Shown here one piece after another: positions 38,607 to 52,800 of a DNA stretch of 64,000 nt (within the stretch, counting starts at the first letter, position 1; every line of letters begins with the position of its first letter). Source of the stretch: Auanema rhodensis (lineage: Eukaryota; Animalia; Nematoda). The notes under the pieces were generated by a model. The model was not told where the DNA came from and searched no databases. It saw only the letters and a list, made by a program, of their open reading frames with translations. The DNA is taken from the NCBI GenBank assembly GCA_964057225.1, contig OZ059897.1, positions 17,608,001 through 17,672,000 of the forward strand. The letters run 5' to 3'. The position numbers and the translations under genes are program-made.

Positions 38607-41414
38607 ATATAAGTGTGAACTTATATCAATTGATATCTCGGTGCATTTTTAAGCTAGCGCAAATCTGATAACACAGATCGACGCAGCTTAAAAATCCGCA
38701 TCGAATGCACTATACTACATTGAGAAACGCTTAATACAAAAATTAGTTATGATCGTTTGAAAAATGATGCATTAGTGTATGTTGAGTTTCCATGTACACT
38801 CAACATTGCTTCCAAAAACATTTTGACAAAAATTTTTTCGAAAAATTTCAAGATAATTTAGCGAAAAATAGATGTTTTTAGATTCCTTTTTTCAAGGCAA
38901 AGACGATGGACAATGTTATTCAACGAAAAAATTGATTCTTCAGGGTGAAAATTGAGGATATAAATGTGAACTTATATCAGTTGATATCTCGGTGCATTTT
39001 TAAGCTAGCGCAAATCTGATAACACAGATCGACGCAGCTTAAAAATCCGCATCGAATGCACTATACTACATTGAGAAACGCTTAATACAAAAATTAGTTA
39101 TGATCGTTTGAAAAATGATGCATTAGTGTATGTTGAGTTTCCATGTACACTCAACATTGCTTCCAAAAACATTTTGACAAAAATTTTTTCGAAAAATTTC
39201 AAAATAATTTAGCAAAAAGTAGATGTTTTTAGATTCCTTTTTTCAAGGCAAAGACGATGGACAATGTTATTCAACGAAAAAATTTATTCTTCAGGGTGAA
39301 AATCGAGGATATAAGTGTGAACTTATATCAGTTGATATATCGGTGCATTTTTAAGCTAGCGCAAATCTGATAACACAGATCGACGCAGCTTAAAAATCCG
39401 CATCGAATGCACTATACTACATTGAGAAACGCCTAATACAAAAATTAGTTATGATCGTTTGAAAAATGATGCATTAGTGTATGTTGAGTTTCCATGTACA
39501 CTCAACATTGCTTCCAAAAACATTTTGACAAAAATTTTTTCGAAAAATTTCAAAATAATTTAGCAAAAAGTAGATGTTTTTAGATTCCTTTTCTCAAGGC
39601 AAAGACGATGGACAATGTTATTCAACGAAAAAATTTATTCTTCAGGGTGAAAATCGAGGATATAAGTGTGAACTTATATCAGTTGATATCTCGGTGCATT
39701 TTTAAGCTAGCCCAAACCTGATAACACAGATCGACGCAGCTTAAAAATCCGCATCGAATGCACTATACTACATTGAGAAACGCCTAATACAAAAATTAGT
39801 TATGATCGTTTGAAAAATGATGCATTAGTGTATGTTGAGTTTCCATGTACACTCAACATTGCTTCCGAAAACATTTTGACAAAAATTTTTTCGAAAAATT
39901 TCAAAATAATTTAGCAAAAAGTAGATGTTTTTAGATTCCTTTTTTCAAGGCAAAGACGATGGACAATGTTATTCAACGAAAAAATTAATTCTTCAGGGTG
40001 AAAATCGAGGATATAAGTGTGAACTTATATCAATTGATATCTCGGTGCATTTTTAAGCTAGCGCAAATCTGATAACACAGATCGACGCAGCTTAAAAATC
40101 CGCATCGAATGCACTATACTACATTGAGAAACGCTTAATACAAAAATTAGTTATGATCGTTTGAAAAATGATGCATTAGTGTATGTTGAGTTTCCATGTA
40201 CACTCAACATTGCTTCCAAAAACATTTTGACAAAAATTTTTTCGAAAAATTTCAAGATAATTTAGCGAAAAATAGATGTTTTTAGATTCCTTTTTTCAAG
40301 GCAAAGACGATGGACAATGTTATTCAACGAAAAAATTGATTCTTCAGGGTGAAAATTGAGGATATAAATGTGAACTTATATCAGTTGATATCTCGGTGCA
40401 TTTTTAAGCTAGCGCAAATCTGATAACACAGATCGACGCAGCTTAAAAATCCGCATCGAATGCACTATACTACATTGAGAAACGCTTAATACAAAAATTA
40501 GTTATGATCGTTTGAAAAATGATGCATTAGTGTATGTTGAGTTTCCATGTACACTCAACATTGCTTCCAAAAACATTTTGACAAAAATTTTTTCGAAAAA
40601 TTTCAAAATAATTTAGCAAAAAGTAGATGTTTTTAGATTCCTTTTTTCAAGGCAAAGACGATGGACAATGTTATTCAACGAAAAAATTTATTCTTCAGGG
40701 TGAAAATCGAGGATATAAGTGTGAACTTATATCAGTTGATATATCGGTGCATTTTTAAGCTAGCGCAAATCTGATAACACAGATCGACGCAGCTTAAAAA
40801 TCCGCATCGAATGCACTATACTACATTGAGAAACGCCTAATACAAAAATTAGTTATGATCGTTTGAAAAATGATGCATTAGTGTATGTTGAGTTTCCATG
40901 TACACTCAACATTGCTTCCAAAAACATTTTGACAAAAATTTTTTCGAAAAATTTCAAAATAATTTAGCAAAAAGTAGATGTTTTTAGATTCCTTTTCTCA
41001 AGGCAAAGACGATGGACAATGTTATTCAACGAAAAAATTTATTCTTCAGGGTGAAAATCGAGGATATAAGTGTGAACTTATATCAGTTGATATCTCGGTG
41101 CATTTTTAAGCTAGCCCAAACCTGATAACACAGATCGACGCAGCTTAAAAATCCGCATCGAATGCACTATACTACATTGAGAAACGCCTAATACAAAAAT
41201 TAGTTATGATCGTTTGAAAAATGATGCATTAGTGTATGTTGAGTTTCCATGTACACTCAACATTGCTTCCGAAAACATTTTGACAAAAATTTTTTCGAAA
41301 AATTTCAAAATAATTTAGCAAAAAGTAGATGTTTTTAGATTCCTTTTTTCAAGGCAAAGACGATGGACAATGTTATTTAACGAAAAAATTGATTCTTCAG
41401 GGTGAAAATCGAGG
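38607..41414. repeat. 4-monomer (1404-bp) higher-order duplication
   Basis: The GCCCAAACCTG variant at 39712 and 41116; TTTTCTCAAG, AATTGAGG and ATAAATGTG variants repeat at the same spacing. Confidence 0.8.
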
Positions 41415-44400
41415 ATATAAATGTGAACTTATATCAGTTGATATCTCGGTGCATTTTTAAGCTAGCGCAAATCTGATAACACAGATCGACGCAGCTTAAA
41501 AATCCGCATCGAATGCACTATACTACATTGAGAAACGCTTAATACAAAAATTAGTTATGATCGTTTGAAAAATGATGCATTAGTGTATGTTGAGTTTCCA
41601 TGTACACTCAACATTGCTTCCAAAAACATTTTGACAAAAATTTTTTCGAAAAATTTCAAAATAATTTAGCAAAAAGTAGATGTTTTTAGATTCCTTTTTT
41701 CAAGGCAAAGACGATGGACAATGTTATTCAACGAAAAAATTTATTCTTCAGGGTGAAAATCGAGGATATAAGTGTGAACTTATATCAGTTGATATATCGG
41801 TGCATTTTTAAGCTAGCGCAAATCTGATAACACAGATCGACGCAGCTTAAAAATCCGCATCGAATGCACTATACTACATTGAGAAACGCCTAATACAAAA
41901 ATTAGTTATGATCGTTTGAAAAATGATGCATTAGTGTATGTTGAGTTTCCATGTACACTCAACATTGCTTCCGAAAACATTTTGACAAAAATTTTTTCGA
42001 AAAATTTCAAAATAATTTAGCAAAAAGTAGATGTTTTTAGATTCCTTTTTTCAAGGCAAAGACGATGGACAATGTTATTCAACGAAAAAATTGATTCTTC
42101 AGGGTGAAAATTGAGGATATAAATGTGAACTTATATCAGTTGATATATCGGTGCATTTTTAAGCTAGCGCAAATCTGATAACACAGATCGACGCAGCTTA
42201 AAAATCCGCATCGAATGCACTATACTACATTGAGAAACGCCTAATACAAAAATTAGTTATGATCGTTTGAAAAATGATGCATTAGTGTATGTTGAGTTTC
42301 CATGTACACTCAACATTGCTTCCAAAAACATTTTGACAAAAATTTTTTCGAAAAATTTCAAAATAATTTAGCAAAAAGTAGATGTTTTTAGATTCCTTTT
42401 TTCAAGGCAAAGACGATGGACAATGTTATTCAACGAAAAAATTTATTCTTCAGGGTGAAAATCGAGGATATAAGTGTGAACTTATATCAGTTGATATATC
42501 GGTGCATTTTTAAGCTAGCGCAAATCTGATAACACAGATCGACGCAGCTTAAAAATCCGCATCGAATGCACTATACTACATTGAGAAACGCCTAATACAA
42601 AAATTAGTTATGATCGTTTGAAAAATGATGCATTAGTGTATGTTGAGTTTCCATGTACACTCAACATTGCTTCCGAAAACATTTTGACAAAAATTTTTTC
42701 GAAAAATTTCAAAATAATTTAGCAAAAAGTAGATGTTTTTAGATTCCTTTTTTCAAGGCAAAGACGATGGACAATGTTATTCAACGAAAAAATTAATTCT
42801 TCAGGGTGAAAATCGAGGATATAAGTGTGAACTTATATCAGTTGATATCTCGGTGCATTTTTAAGCTAGCGCAAATCGGATAACACAGATCGACGCAGCT
42901 TAAAAATCCGCATCGAATGCACTATACTACATTGAGAAACGCTTAATACAAAAATTAGTTATGATCGTTTGAAAAATGATGCATTAGTGTATGTTGAGTT
43001 TCCATGTACACTCAACATTGCTTCCAAAAACATTTTGACAAAAATATTTTCGAAAAATTTCAAAATAATTTAGCAAAAAGTAGATGTTTTTAGATTCCTT
43101 TTCTCAAGGCAAAGACGATGGACAATGTTATTCAACGAAAAAATTTATTCTTCAGGGTGAAAATCGAGGATATAAGTGTGAACTTATATCAGTTGATATC
43201 TCGGTGCATTTTTAAGCTAGCCCAAACCTGATAACACAGATCGACGCAGCTTAAAAATCCGCATCGAATGCACTATACTACATTGAGAAACGCCTAATAC
43301 AAAAATTAGTTATGATCGTTTGAAAAATGATGCATTAGTGTATGTTGAGTTTCCATGTACACTCAACATTGCTTCCGAAAACATTTTGACAAAAATTTTT
43401 TCGAAAAATTTCAAAATAATTTAGCAAAAAGTAGATGTTTTTAGATTCCTTTTTTCAAGGCAAAGACGATGGACAATGTTATTCAACGAAAAAATTAATT
43501 CTTCAGGGTGAAAATCGAGGATATAAGTGTGAACTTATATCAGTTGATATATCGGTGCATTTTTAAGCTAGCGCAAATCTGATAACACAGATCGACGCAG
43601 CTTAAAAATCCGCATCGAATGCACTATACTACATTGAGAAACGCCTAATACAAAAATTAGTTATGATCGTTTGAAAAATGATGCATTAGTGTATGTTGAG
43701 TTTCCATGTACACTCAACATTGCTTCCAAAAACATTTTGACAAAAATTTTTTCGAAAAATTTCAAAATAATTTAGCAAAAAGTAGATGTTTTTAGATTCC
43801 TTTTCTCAAGGCAAAGACGATGGACAATGTTATTCAACGAAAAAATTTATTCTTCAGGGTGAAAATCGAGGATATAAGTGTGAACTTATATCAGTTGATA
43901 TCTCGGTGCATTTTTAAGCTAGCCCAAACCTGATAACACAGATCGACGCAGCTTAAAAATCCGCATCGAATGCACTATACTACATTGAGAAACGCCTAAT
44001 ACAAAAATTAGTTATGATCGTTTGAAAAATGATGCATTAGTGTATGTTGAGTTTCCATGTACACTCAACATTGCTTCCAAAAACATTTTGACAAAAATTT
44101 TTTCGAAAAATTTCAAAATAATTTAGCAAAAAGTAGATGTTTTTAGATTCCTTTTCTCAAGGCAAAGACGATGGACAATGTTATTCAACGAAAAAATTAA
44201 TTCTTCAGGGTGAAAATCGAGGATATAAGTGTGAACTTATATCAGTTGATATCTCGGTGCATTTTTAAGCTAGCCCAAACCTGATAACACAGATCGACGC
44301 AGCTTAAAAATCCGCATCGAATGCACTATACTACATTGAGAAACGCCTAATACAAAAATTAGTTATGATCGTTTGAAAAATGATGCATTAGTGTATGTTG

Positions 44401-47400
44401 AGTTTCCATGTACACTCAACATTGCTTCCGAAAACATTTTGACAAAAATTTTTTCGAAAAATTTCAAAATAATTTAGCAAAAAGTAGATGTTTTTAGATT
44501 CCTTTTTTCAAGGCAAAGACGATGGACAATGTTATTCAACGAAAAAATTAATTCTTCAGGGTGAAAATCGAGGATATAAGTGTGAACTTATATCAGTTGA
44601 TATCTCGGTGCATTTTTAAGCTAGCGCAAATCGGATAACACAGATCGACGCAGCTTAAAAATCCGCATCGAATGCACTATACTACATTGAGAAACGCTTA
44701 ATACAAAAATTAGTTATGATCGTTTGAAAAATGATGCATTAGTGTATGTTGAGTTTCCATGTACACTCAACATTGCTTCCGAAAACATTTTGACAAAAAT
44801 TTTTTCGAAAAATTTCAAAATAATTTAGCAAAAAGTAGATGTTTTTAGATTCCTTTTTTCAAGGCAAAGACGATGGACAATGTTATTCAACGAAAAAATT
44901 AATTCTTCAGGGTGAAAATCGAGGATATAAGTGTGAACTTATATCAGTTGATATCTCGGTGCATTTTTAAGCTAGCGCAAATCGGATAACACAGATCGAC
45001 GCAGCTTAAAAATCCGCATCGAATGCACTATACTACATTGAGAAACGCTTAATACAAAAATTAGTTATGATCGTTTGAAAAATGATGCATTAGTGTATGT
45101 TGAGTTTCCATGTACACTCAACATTGCTTCCGAAAACATTTTGACAAAAATTTTTTCGAAAAATTTCAAAATAATTTAGCAAAAAGTAGATGTTTTTAGA
45201 TTCCTTTTTTCAAGGCAAAGACGATGGACAATGTTATTCAACGAAAAAATTAATTCTTCAGGGTGAAAATCGAGGATATAAGTGTGAACTTATATCAGTT
45301 GATATATCGGTGCATTTTTAAGCTAGCGCAAATCTGATAACACAGATCGACGCAGCTTAAAAATCCGCATCGAATGCACTATACTACATTGAGAAACGCC
45401 TAATACAAAAATTAGTTATGATCGTTTGAAAAATGATGCATTAGTGTATGTTGAGTTTCCATGTACACTCAACATTGCTTCCGAAAACATTTTGACAAAA
45501 ATTTTTTCGAAAAATTTCAAAATAATTTAGCAAAAAATAGATGTTTTTAGATTCCTTTTTTCAAGGCAAAGACGATGGACAATGTTATTCAATGAAAAAA
45601 TTGATTCTTCAGGGTGAAAATTGAGGATATAAATGTGAACTTATATCAGTTGATATCTCGGTGCATTTTTAAGCTAGCGCAAATCTGATAACACAGATCG
45701 ACGCAGCTTAAAAATCCGCATCGAATGCACTATACTACATTGAGAAACGCTTAATACAAAAATTAGTTATGATCGTTTGAAAAATGATGCATTAGTGTAT
45801 GTTGAGTTTCCATGTACACTCAACATTGCTTCCAAAAACATTTTGACAAAAATTTTTTCGAAAAATTTCAAAATAATTTAGCAAAAAGTAGATGTTTTTA
45901 GATTCCTTTTTTCAAGGCAAAGACGATGGACAATGTTATTCAACGAAAAAATTTATTCTTCAGGGTGAAAATCGAGGATATAAGTGTGAACTTATATCAG
46001 TTGATATATCGGTGCATTTTTAAGCTAGCGCAAATCTGATAACACAGATCGACGCAGCTTAAAAATCCGCATCGAATGCACTATACTACATTGAGAAACG
46101 CCTAATACAAAAATTAGTTATGATCGTTTGAAAAATGATGCATTAGTGTATGTTGAGTTTCCATGTACACTCAACATTGCTTCCGAAAACATTTTGACAA
46201 AAATTTTTTCGAAAAATTTCAAAATAATTTAGCAAAAAGTAGATGTTTTTAGATTCCTTTTTTCAAGGCAAAGACGATGGACAATGTTATTCAACGAAAA
46301 AATTAATTCTTCAGGGTGAAAATCGAGGATATAAGTGTGAACTTATATCAGTTGATATCTCGGTGCATTTTTAAGCTAGCGCAAATCGGATAACACAGAT
46401 CGACGCAGCTTAAAAATCCGCATCGAATGCACTATACTACATTGAGAAACGCTTAATACAAAAATTAGTTATGATCGTTTGAAAAATGATGCATTAGTGT
46501 ATGTTGAGTTTCCATGTACACTCAACATTGCTTCCAAAAACATTTTGACAAAAATATTTTCGAAAAATTTCAAAATAATTTAGCAAAAAGTAGATGTTTT
46601 TAGATTCCTTTTCTCAAGGCAAAGACGATGGACAATGTTATTCAACGAAAAAATTTATTCTTCAGGGTGAAAATCGAGGATATAAGTGTGAACTTATATC
46701 AGTTGATATCTCGGTGCATTTTTAAGCTAGCCCAAACCTGATAACACAGATCGACGCAGCTTAAAAATCCGCATCGAATGCACTATACTACATTGAGAAA
46801 CGCCTAATACAAAAATTAGTTATGATCGTTTGAAAAATGATGCATTAGTGTATGTTGAGTTTCCATGTACACTCAACATTGCTTCCGAAAACATTTTGAC
46901 AAAAATTTTTTCGAAAAATTTCAAAATAATTTAGCAAAAAGTAGATGTTTTTAGATTCCTTTTTTCAAGGCAAAGACGATGGACAATGTTATTCAACGAA
47001 AAAATTAATTCTTCAGGGTGAAAATCGAGGATATAAGTGTGAACTTATATCAGTTGATATCTCGGTGCATTTTTAAGCTAGCGCAAATCGGATAACACAG
47101 ATCGACGCAGCTTAAAAATCCGCATCGAATGCACTATACTACATTGAGAAACGCTTAATACAAAAATTAGTTATGATCGTTTGAAAAATGATGCATTAGT
47201 GTATGTTGAGTTTCCATGTACACTCAACATTGCTTCCAAAAACATTTTGACAAAAATATTTTCGAAAAATTTCAAAATAATTTAGCAAAAAGTAGATGTT
47301 TTTAGATTCCTTTTCTCAAGGCAAAGACGATGGACAATGTTATTCAACGAAAAAATTTATTCTTCAGGGTGAAAATCGAGGATATAAGTGTGAACTTATA

Positions 47401-49838
47401 TCAGTTGATATCTCGGTGCATTTTTAAGCTAGCCCAAACCTGATAACACAGATCGACGCAGCTTAAAAATCCGCATCGAATGCACTATACTACATTGAGA
47501 AACGCCTAATACAAAAATTAGTTATGATCGTTTGAAAAATGATGCATTAGTGTATGTTGAGTTTCCATGTACACTCAACATTGCTTCCGAAAACATTTTG
47601 ACAAAAATTTTTTCGAAAAATTTCAAAATAATTTAGCAAAAAGTAGATGTTTTTAGATTCCTTTTTTCAAGGCAAAGACGATGGACAATGTTATTCAACG
47701 AAAAAATTAATTCTTCAGGGTGAAAATCGAGGATATAAGTGTGAACTTATATCAGTTGATATCTCGGTGCATTTTTAAGCTAGCGCAAATCGGATAACAC
47801 AGATCGACGCAGCTTAAAAATCCGCATCGAATGCACTATACTACATTGAGAAACGCCTAATACAAAAATTAGTTATGATCGTTTGAAAAATGATGCATTA
47901 GTGTATGTTGAGTTTCCATGTACACTCAACATTGCTTCCAAAAACATTTTGACAAAAATTTTTTCGAAAAATTTCAAAATAATTTAGCAAAAAGTAGATG
48001 TTTTTAGATTCCTTTTCTCAAGGCAAAGACGATGGACAATGTTATTCAACGAAAAAATTTATTCTTCAGGGTGAAAATCGAGGATATAAGTGTGAACTTA
48101 TATCAGTTGATATCTCGGTGCATTTTTAAGCTAGCCCAAACCTGATAACACAGATCGACGCAGCTTAAAAATCCGCATCGAATGCACTATACTACATTGA
48201 GAAACGCCTAATACAAAAATTAGTTATGATCGTTTGAAAAATGATGCATTAGTGTATGTTGAGTTTCCATGTACACTCAACATTGCTTCCAAAAACATTT
48301 TGACAAAAATTTTTTCGAAAAATTTCAAAATAATTTAGCAAAAAGTAGATGTTTTTAGATTCCTTTTTTCAAGGCAAAGACGATGGACAATGTTATTCAA
48401 CGAAAAAATTAATTCTTCAGGGTGAAAATCGAGGATATAAGTGTGAACTTATATCAATTGATATCTCGGTGCATTTTTAAGCTAGCGCAAATCTGATAAC
48501 ACAGATCGACGCAGCTTAAAAATCCGCATCGAATGCACTATACTACATTGAGAAACGCCTAATACAAAAATTAGTTATGATCGTTTGAAAAATGATGCAT
48601 TAGTGTATGTTGAGTTTCCATGTACACTCAACATTGCTTCCGAAAACATTTTGACAAAAATTTTTTCGAAAAATTTCAAAATAATTTAGCAAAAAGTAGA
48701 TGTTTTTAGATTCCTTTTTTCAAGGCAAAGACGATGGACAATGTTATTCAACGAAAAAAATAATTCTTCAGGGTGAAAATCGAGGATATAAGTGTGAACT
48801 TATATCAATTGATATCTCGGTGCATTTTTAAGCTAGCGCAAATCTGATAACACAGATCGACGCAGCTTAAAAATCCGCATCGAATGCACTATACTACATT
48901 GAGAAACGCTTAATACAAAAATTAGTTATGATCGTTTGAAAAATGATGCATTAGTGTATGTTGAGTTTCCATGTACACTCAACATTGCTTCCAAAAACAT
49001 TTTGACAAAAATTTTTTCGAAAAATTTCAAGATAATTTAGCGAAAAATAGATGTTTTTAGATTCCTTTTTTCAAGGCAAAGACGATGGACAATGTTATTC
49101 AACGAAAAAATTGATTGTTCAGGGTGAAAATCGAGGATATAAATGTGAACTTATATCAGTTGATATCTCGGTGCATTTTTAAGCTAGCGCAAATCTTATA
49201 ACACAGATCGACGCAGCTTAAAAATCCGCATCGAATGCACTATACTACATTGAGAAACGCTTAATACAAAAATTAGTTATGATCGTTTGAAAAATGATGC
49301 ATTAGTGTATGTTGAGTTTCCATGTACACTCAACATTGCTTCCAAAAACATTTTGACAAAAATTTTTTCGAAAAATTTCAAAATAATTTAGCAAAAAGTA
49401 GATGTTTTTAGATTCCTTTTTTCAAGGCAAAGACGATGGACAATGTTATTCAACGAAAAAATTTATTCTTCAGGGTGAAAATCGAGGATATAAGTGTGAA
49501 CTTATATCAGTTGATATATCGGTGCATTTTTAAGCTAGCGCAAATCTGATAACACAGATCGACGCAGCTTAAAAATCCGCATCGAATGCACTATACTACA
49601 TTGAGAAACGCCTAATACAAAAATTAGTTATGATCGTTTGAAAAATGATGCATTAGTGTATGTTGAGTTTCCATGTACACTCAACATTGCTTCCGAAAAC
49701 ATTTTGACAAAAATTTTTTCGAAAAATTTCAAAATAATTTAGCAAAAAGTAGATGTTTTTAGATTCCTTTTTTCAAGGCAAAGACGATGGACAATGTTAT
49801 TCAACGAAAAAATTAATTCTTCAGGGTGAAAATCGAGG

Positions 49839-52800
49839 ATATAAGTGTGAACTTATATCAGTTGATATCTCGGTGCATTTTTAAGCTAGCGCAAATCGGA
49901 TAACACAGATCGACGCAGCTTAAAAATCCGCATCGAATGCACTATACTACATTGAGAAACGCTTAATACAAAAATTAGTTATGATCGTTTGAAAAATGAT
50001 GCATTAGTGTATGTTGAGTTTCCATGTACACTCAACATTGCTTCCGAAAACATTTTGACAAAAATTTTTTCGAAAAATTTCAAAATAATTTAGCAAAAAG
50101 TAGATGTTTTTAGATTCCTTTTTTCAAGGCAAAGACGATGGACAATGTTATTCAACGAAAAAATTTATTCTTCAGGGTGAAAATCGAGGATATAAGTGTG
50201 AACTTATATCAGTTGATATATCGGTGCATTTTTAAGCTAGCGCAAATCTGATAACACAGATCGACGCAGCTTAAAAATCCGCATCGAATGCACTATACTA
50301 CATTGAGAAACGCCTAATACAAAAATTAGTTATGATCGTTTGAAAAATGATGCATTAGTGTATGTTGAGTTTCCATGTACACTCAACATTGCTTCCGAAA
50401 ACATTTTGACAAAAATTTTTTCGAAAAATTTCAAAATAATTTAGCAAAAAGTAGATGTTTTTAGATTCCTTTTTTCAAGGCAAAGACGATGGACAATGTT
50501 ATTCAACGAAAAAAACAATTCTTCAGGGTGAAAATCGAGGATATAAGTGTGAACTTATATCAGTTGATATCTCGGTGCATTTTTAAGCTAGCGCAAATTT
50601 GATAACACAGATCGACGCAGCTTAAAAATCTGCATCGAATGCACTATACTACATTGAGAAACGCTTAATACAAAAATTAGTTATGATCGTTTGAAAAATG
50701 ATGCATTAGTGTATGTTGAGTTTCCATGTACACTCAACATTGCTTCCGAAAACATTTTGACAAAAATTTTTTCGAAAAATTTCAAAATAATTTAGCAAAA
50801 AGTAGATGTTTTTAGATTCCTTTTTTCAAGGCAAAGACGATGGACAATGTTATTCAACAAAAAAATTAATTCTTCAGGGTGAAAATCGAGGATATAAGTG
50901 TGAACTTATATCAGTTGATATCTCGGTGCATTTTTAAGCTAGCGCAAATCGGATAACACAGATCGACGCAGCTTAAAAATCCGCATCGAATGCACTATAC
51001 TACATTGAGAAACGCTTAATACAAAAATTAGTTATGATCGTTTGAAAAATGATGCATTAGTGTATGTTGAGTTTCCATGTACACTCAACATTGCTTCCAA
51101 AAACATTTTGACAAAAATTTTTTCGAAAAATTTCAAAATAATTTAGCAAAAAGTAGATGTTTTTAGATTCCTTTTCTCAAGGCAAAGACGATGGACAATG
51201 TTATTCAACGAAAAAATTTATTCTTCAGGGTGAAAATCGAGGATATAAGTGTGAACTTATATCAGTTGATATATCGGTGCATTTTTAAGCTAGCGCAAAT
51301 CTGATAACACAGATCGACGCAGCTTACAAATCCGCATCGAATGCACTATACTACATTGAGAAACGCTTAATACAAAAATTAGTTATGATTGTTTGAAAAA
51401 TGATGCATTAGTGTATGTTGAGTTTCCATGTACACTCAACATTGCTTTCAAAAACATTTTGACAAAAATTTTTTCGAAAAATTTCAAAATAATTTAGCAA
51501 AAAGTAGATGTTTTTAGATTCCTTTTTTCAAGGCAAAGACGATGGACAATGTTATTCAACGAAAAAAACAATTCTTCAGGGTGAAAATCGAGGATATAAG
51601 TGTGAACTTATATCAGTTGATATCTCGGTGCATTTTTAAGCTAGCGCAAATCTGATAACACAGATCGACGAAGCTTAAAAATCTGCATCGAATGCACTAT
51701 ACTACATTGAGAAACGCTTAATACAAAAATTAGTTATGATCGTTTGAAAAATGATTCATTAGTGTATGTTGAGTTTCCATGTACACTCAACATTGCTTCC
51801 AAAAACATTTTGACAAAAATTTTTTCGAAAAATTTCAAAATAATTTAGCAAAAAGTAGATGTTTTTAGATTCCTTTTTTCAAGGCAAAGACGATGGACAA
51901 TGTTATTCAACGAAAAAATTAATTCTTCAGGGTGAAAATCGAGGATATAAGTGTGAACTTATATCAATTGATATCTCGGTGCATTTTTAAGCTAGCGCAA
52001 ATCTGATAACACAGATCGACGCAGCTTAAAAATCCGCATCGAATGCACTATACTACATTGAGAAACGCTTAATACAAAAATTAGTTATGATCGTTTGAAA
52101 AATGATGCATTAGTGTATGTTGAGTTTCCATGTACACTCAACATTGCTTCCAAAAACATTTTGACAAAAATTTTTTCGAAAAATTTCAAGATAATTTAGC
52201 GAAAAATAGATGTTTTTAGATTCCTTTTTTCAAGGCAAAGACGATGGACAATGTTATTCAACGAAAAAATTGATTGTTCAGGGTGAAAATCGAGGATATA
52301 AATGTGAACTTATATCAGTTGATATCTCGGTGCATTTTTAAGCTAGCGCAAATCTTATAACACAGATCGACGCAGCTTAAAAATCCGCATCGAATGCACT
52401 ATACTACATTGAGAAACGCTTAATACAAAAATTAGTTATGATCGTTTGAAAAATGATGCATTAGTGTATGTTGAGTTTCCATGTACACTCAACATTGCTT
52501 CCAAAAACATTTTGACAAAAATTTTTTCGAAAAATTTCAAAATAATTTAGCAAAAAGTAGATGTTTTTAGATTCCTTTTTTCAAGGCAAAGACGATGGAC
52601 AATGTTATTCAACGAAAAAATTAATTCTTCAGGGTGAAAATCGAGGATATAAGTGTGAACTTATATCAGTTGATATCTCGGTGCATTTTTAAGCTAGCGC
52701 AAATCGGATAACACAGATCGACGCAGCTTAAAAATCCGCATCGAATGCACTATACTACATTGAGAAACGCTTAATACAAAAATTAGTTATGATCGTTTGA

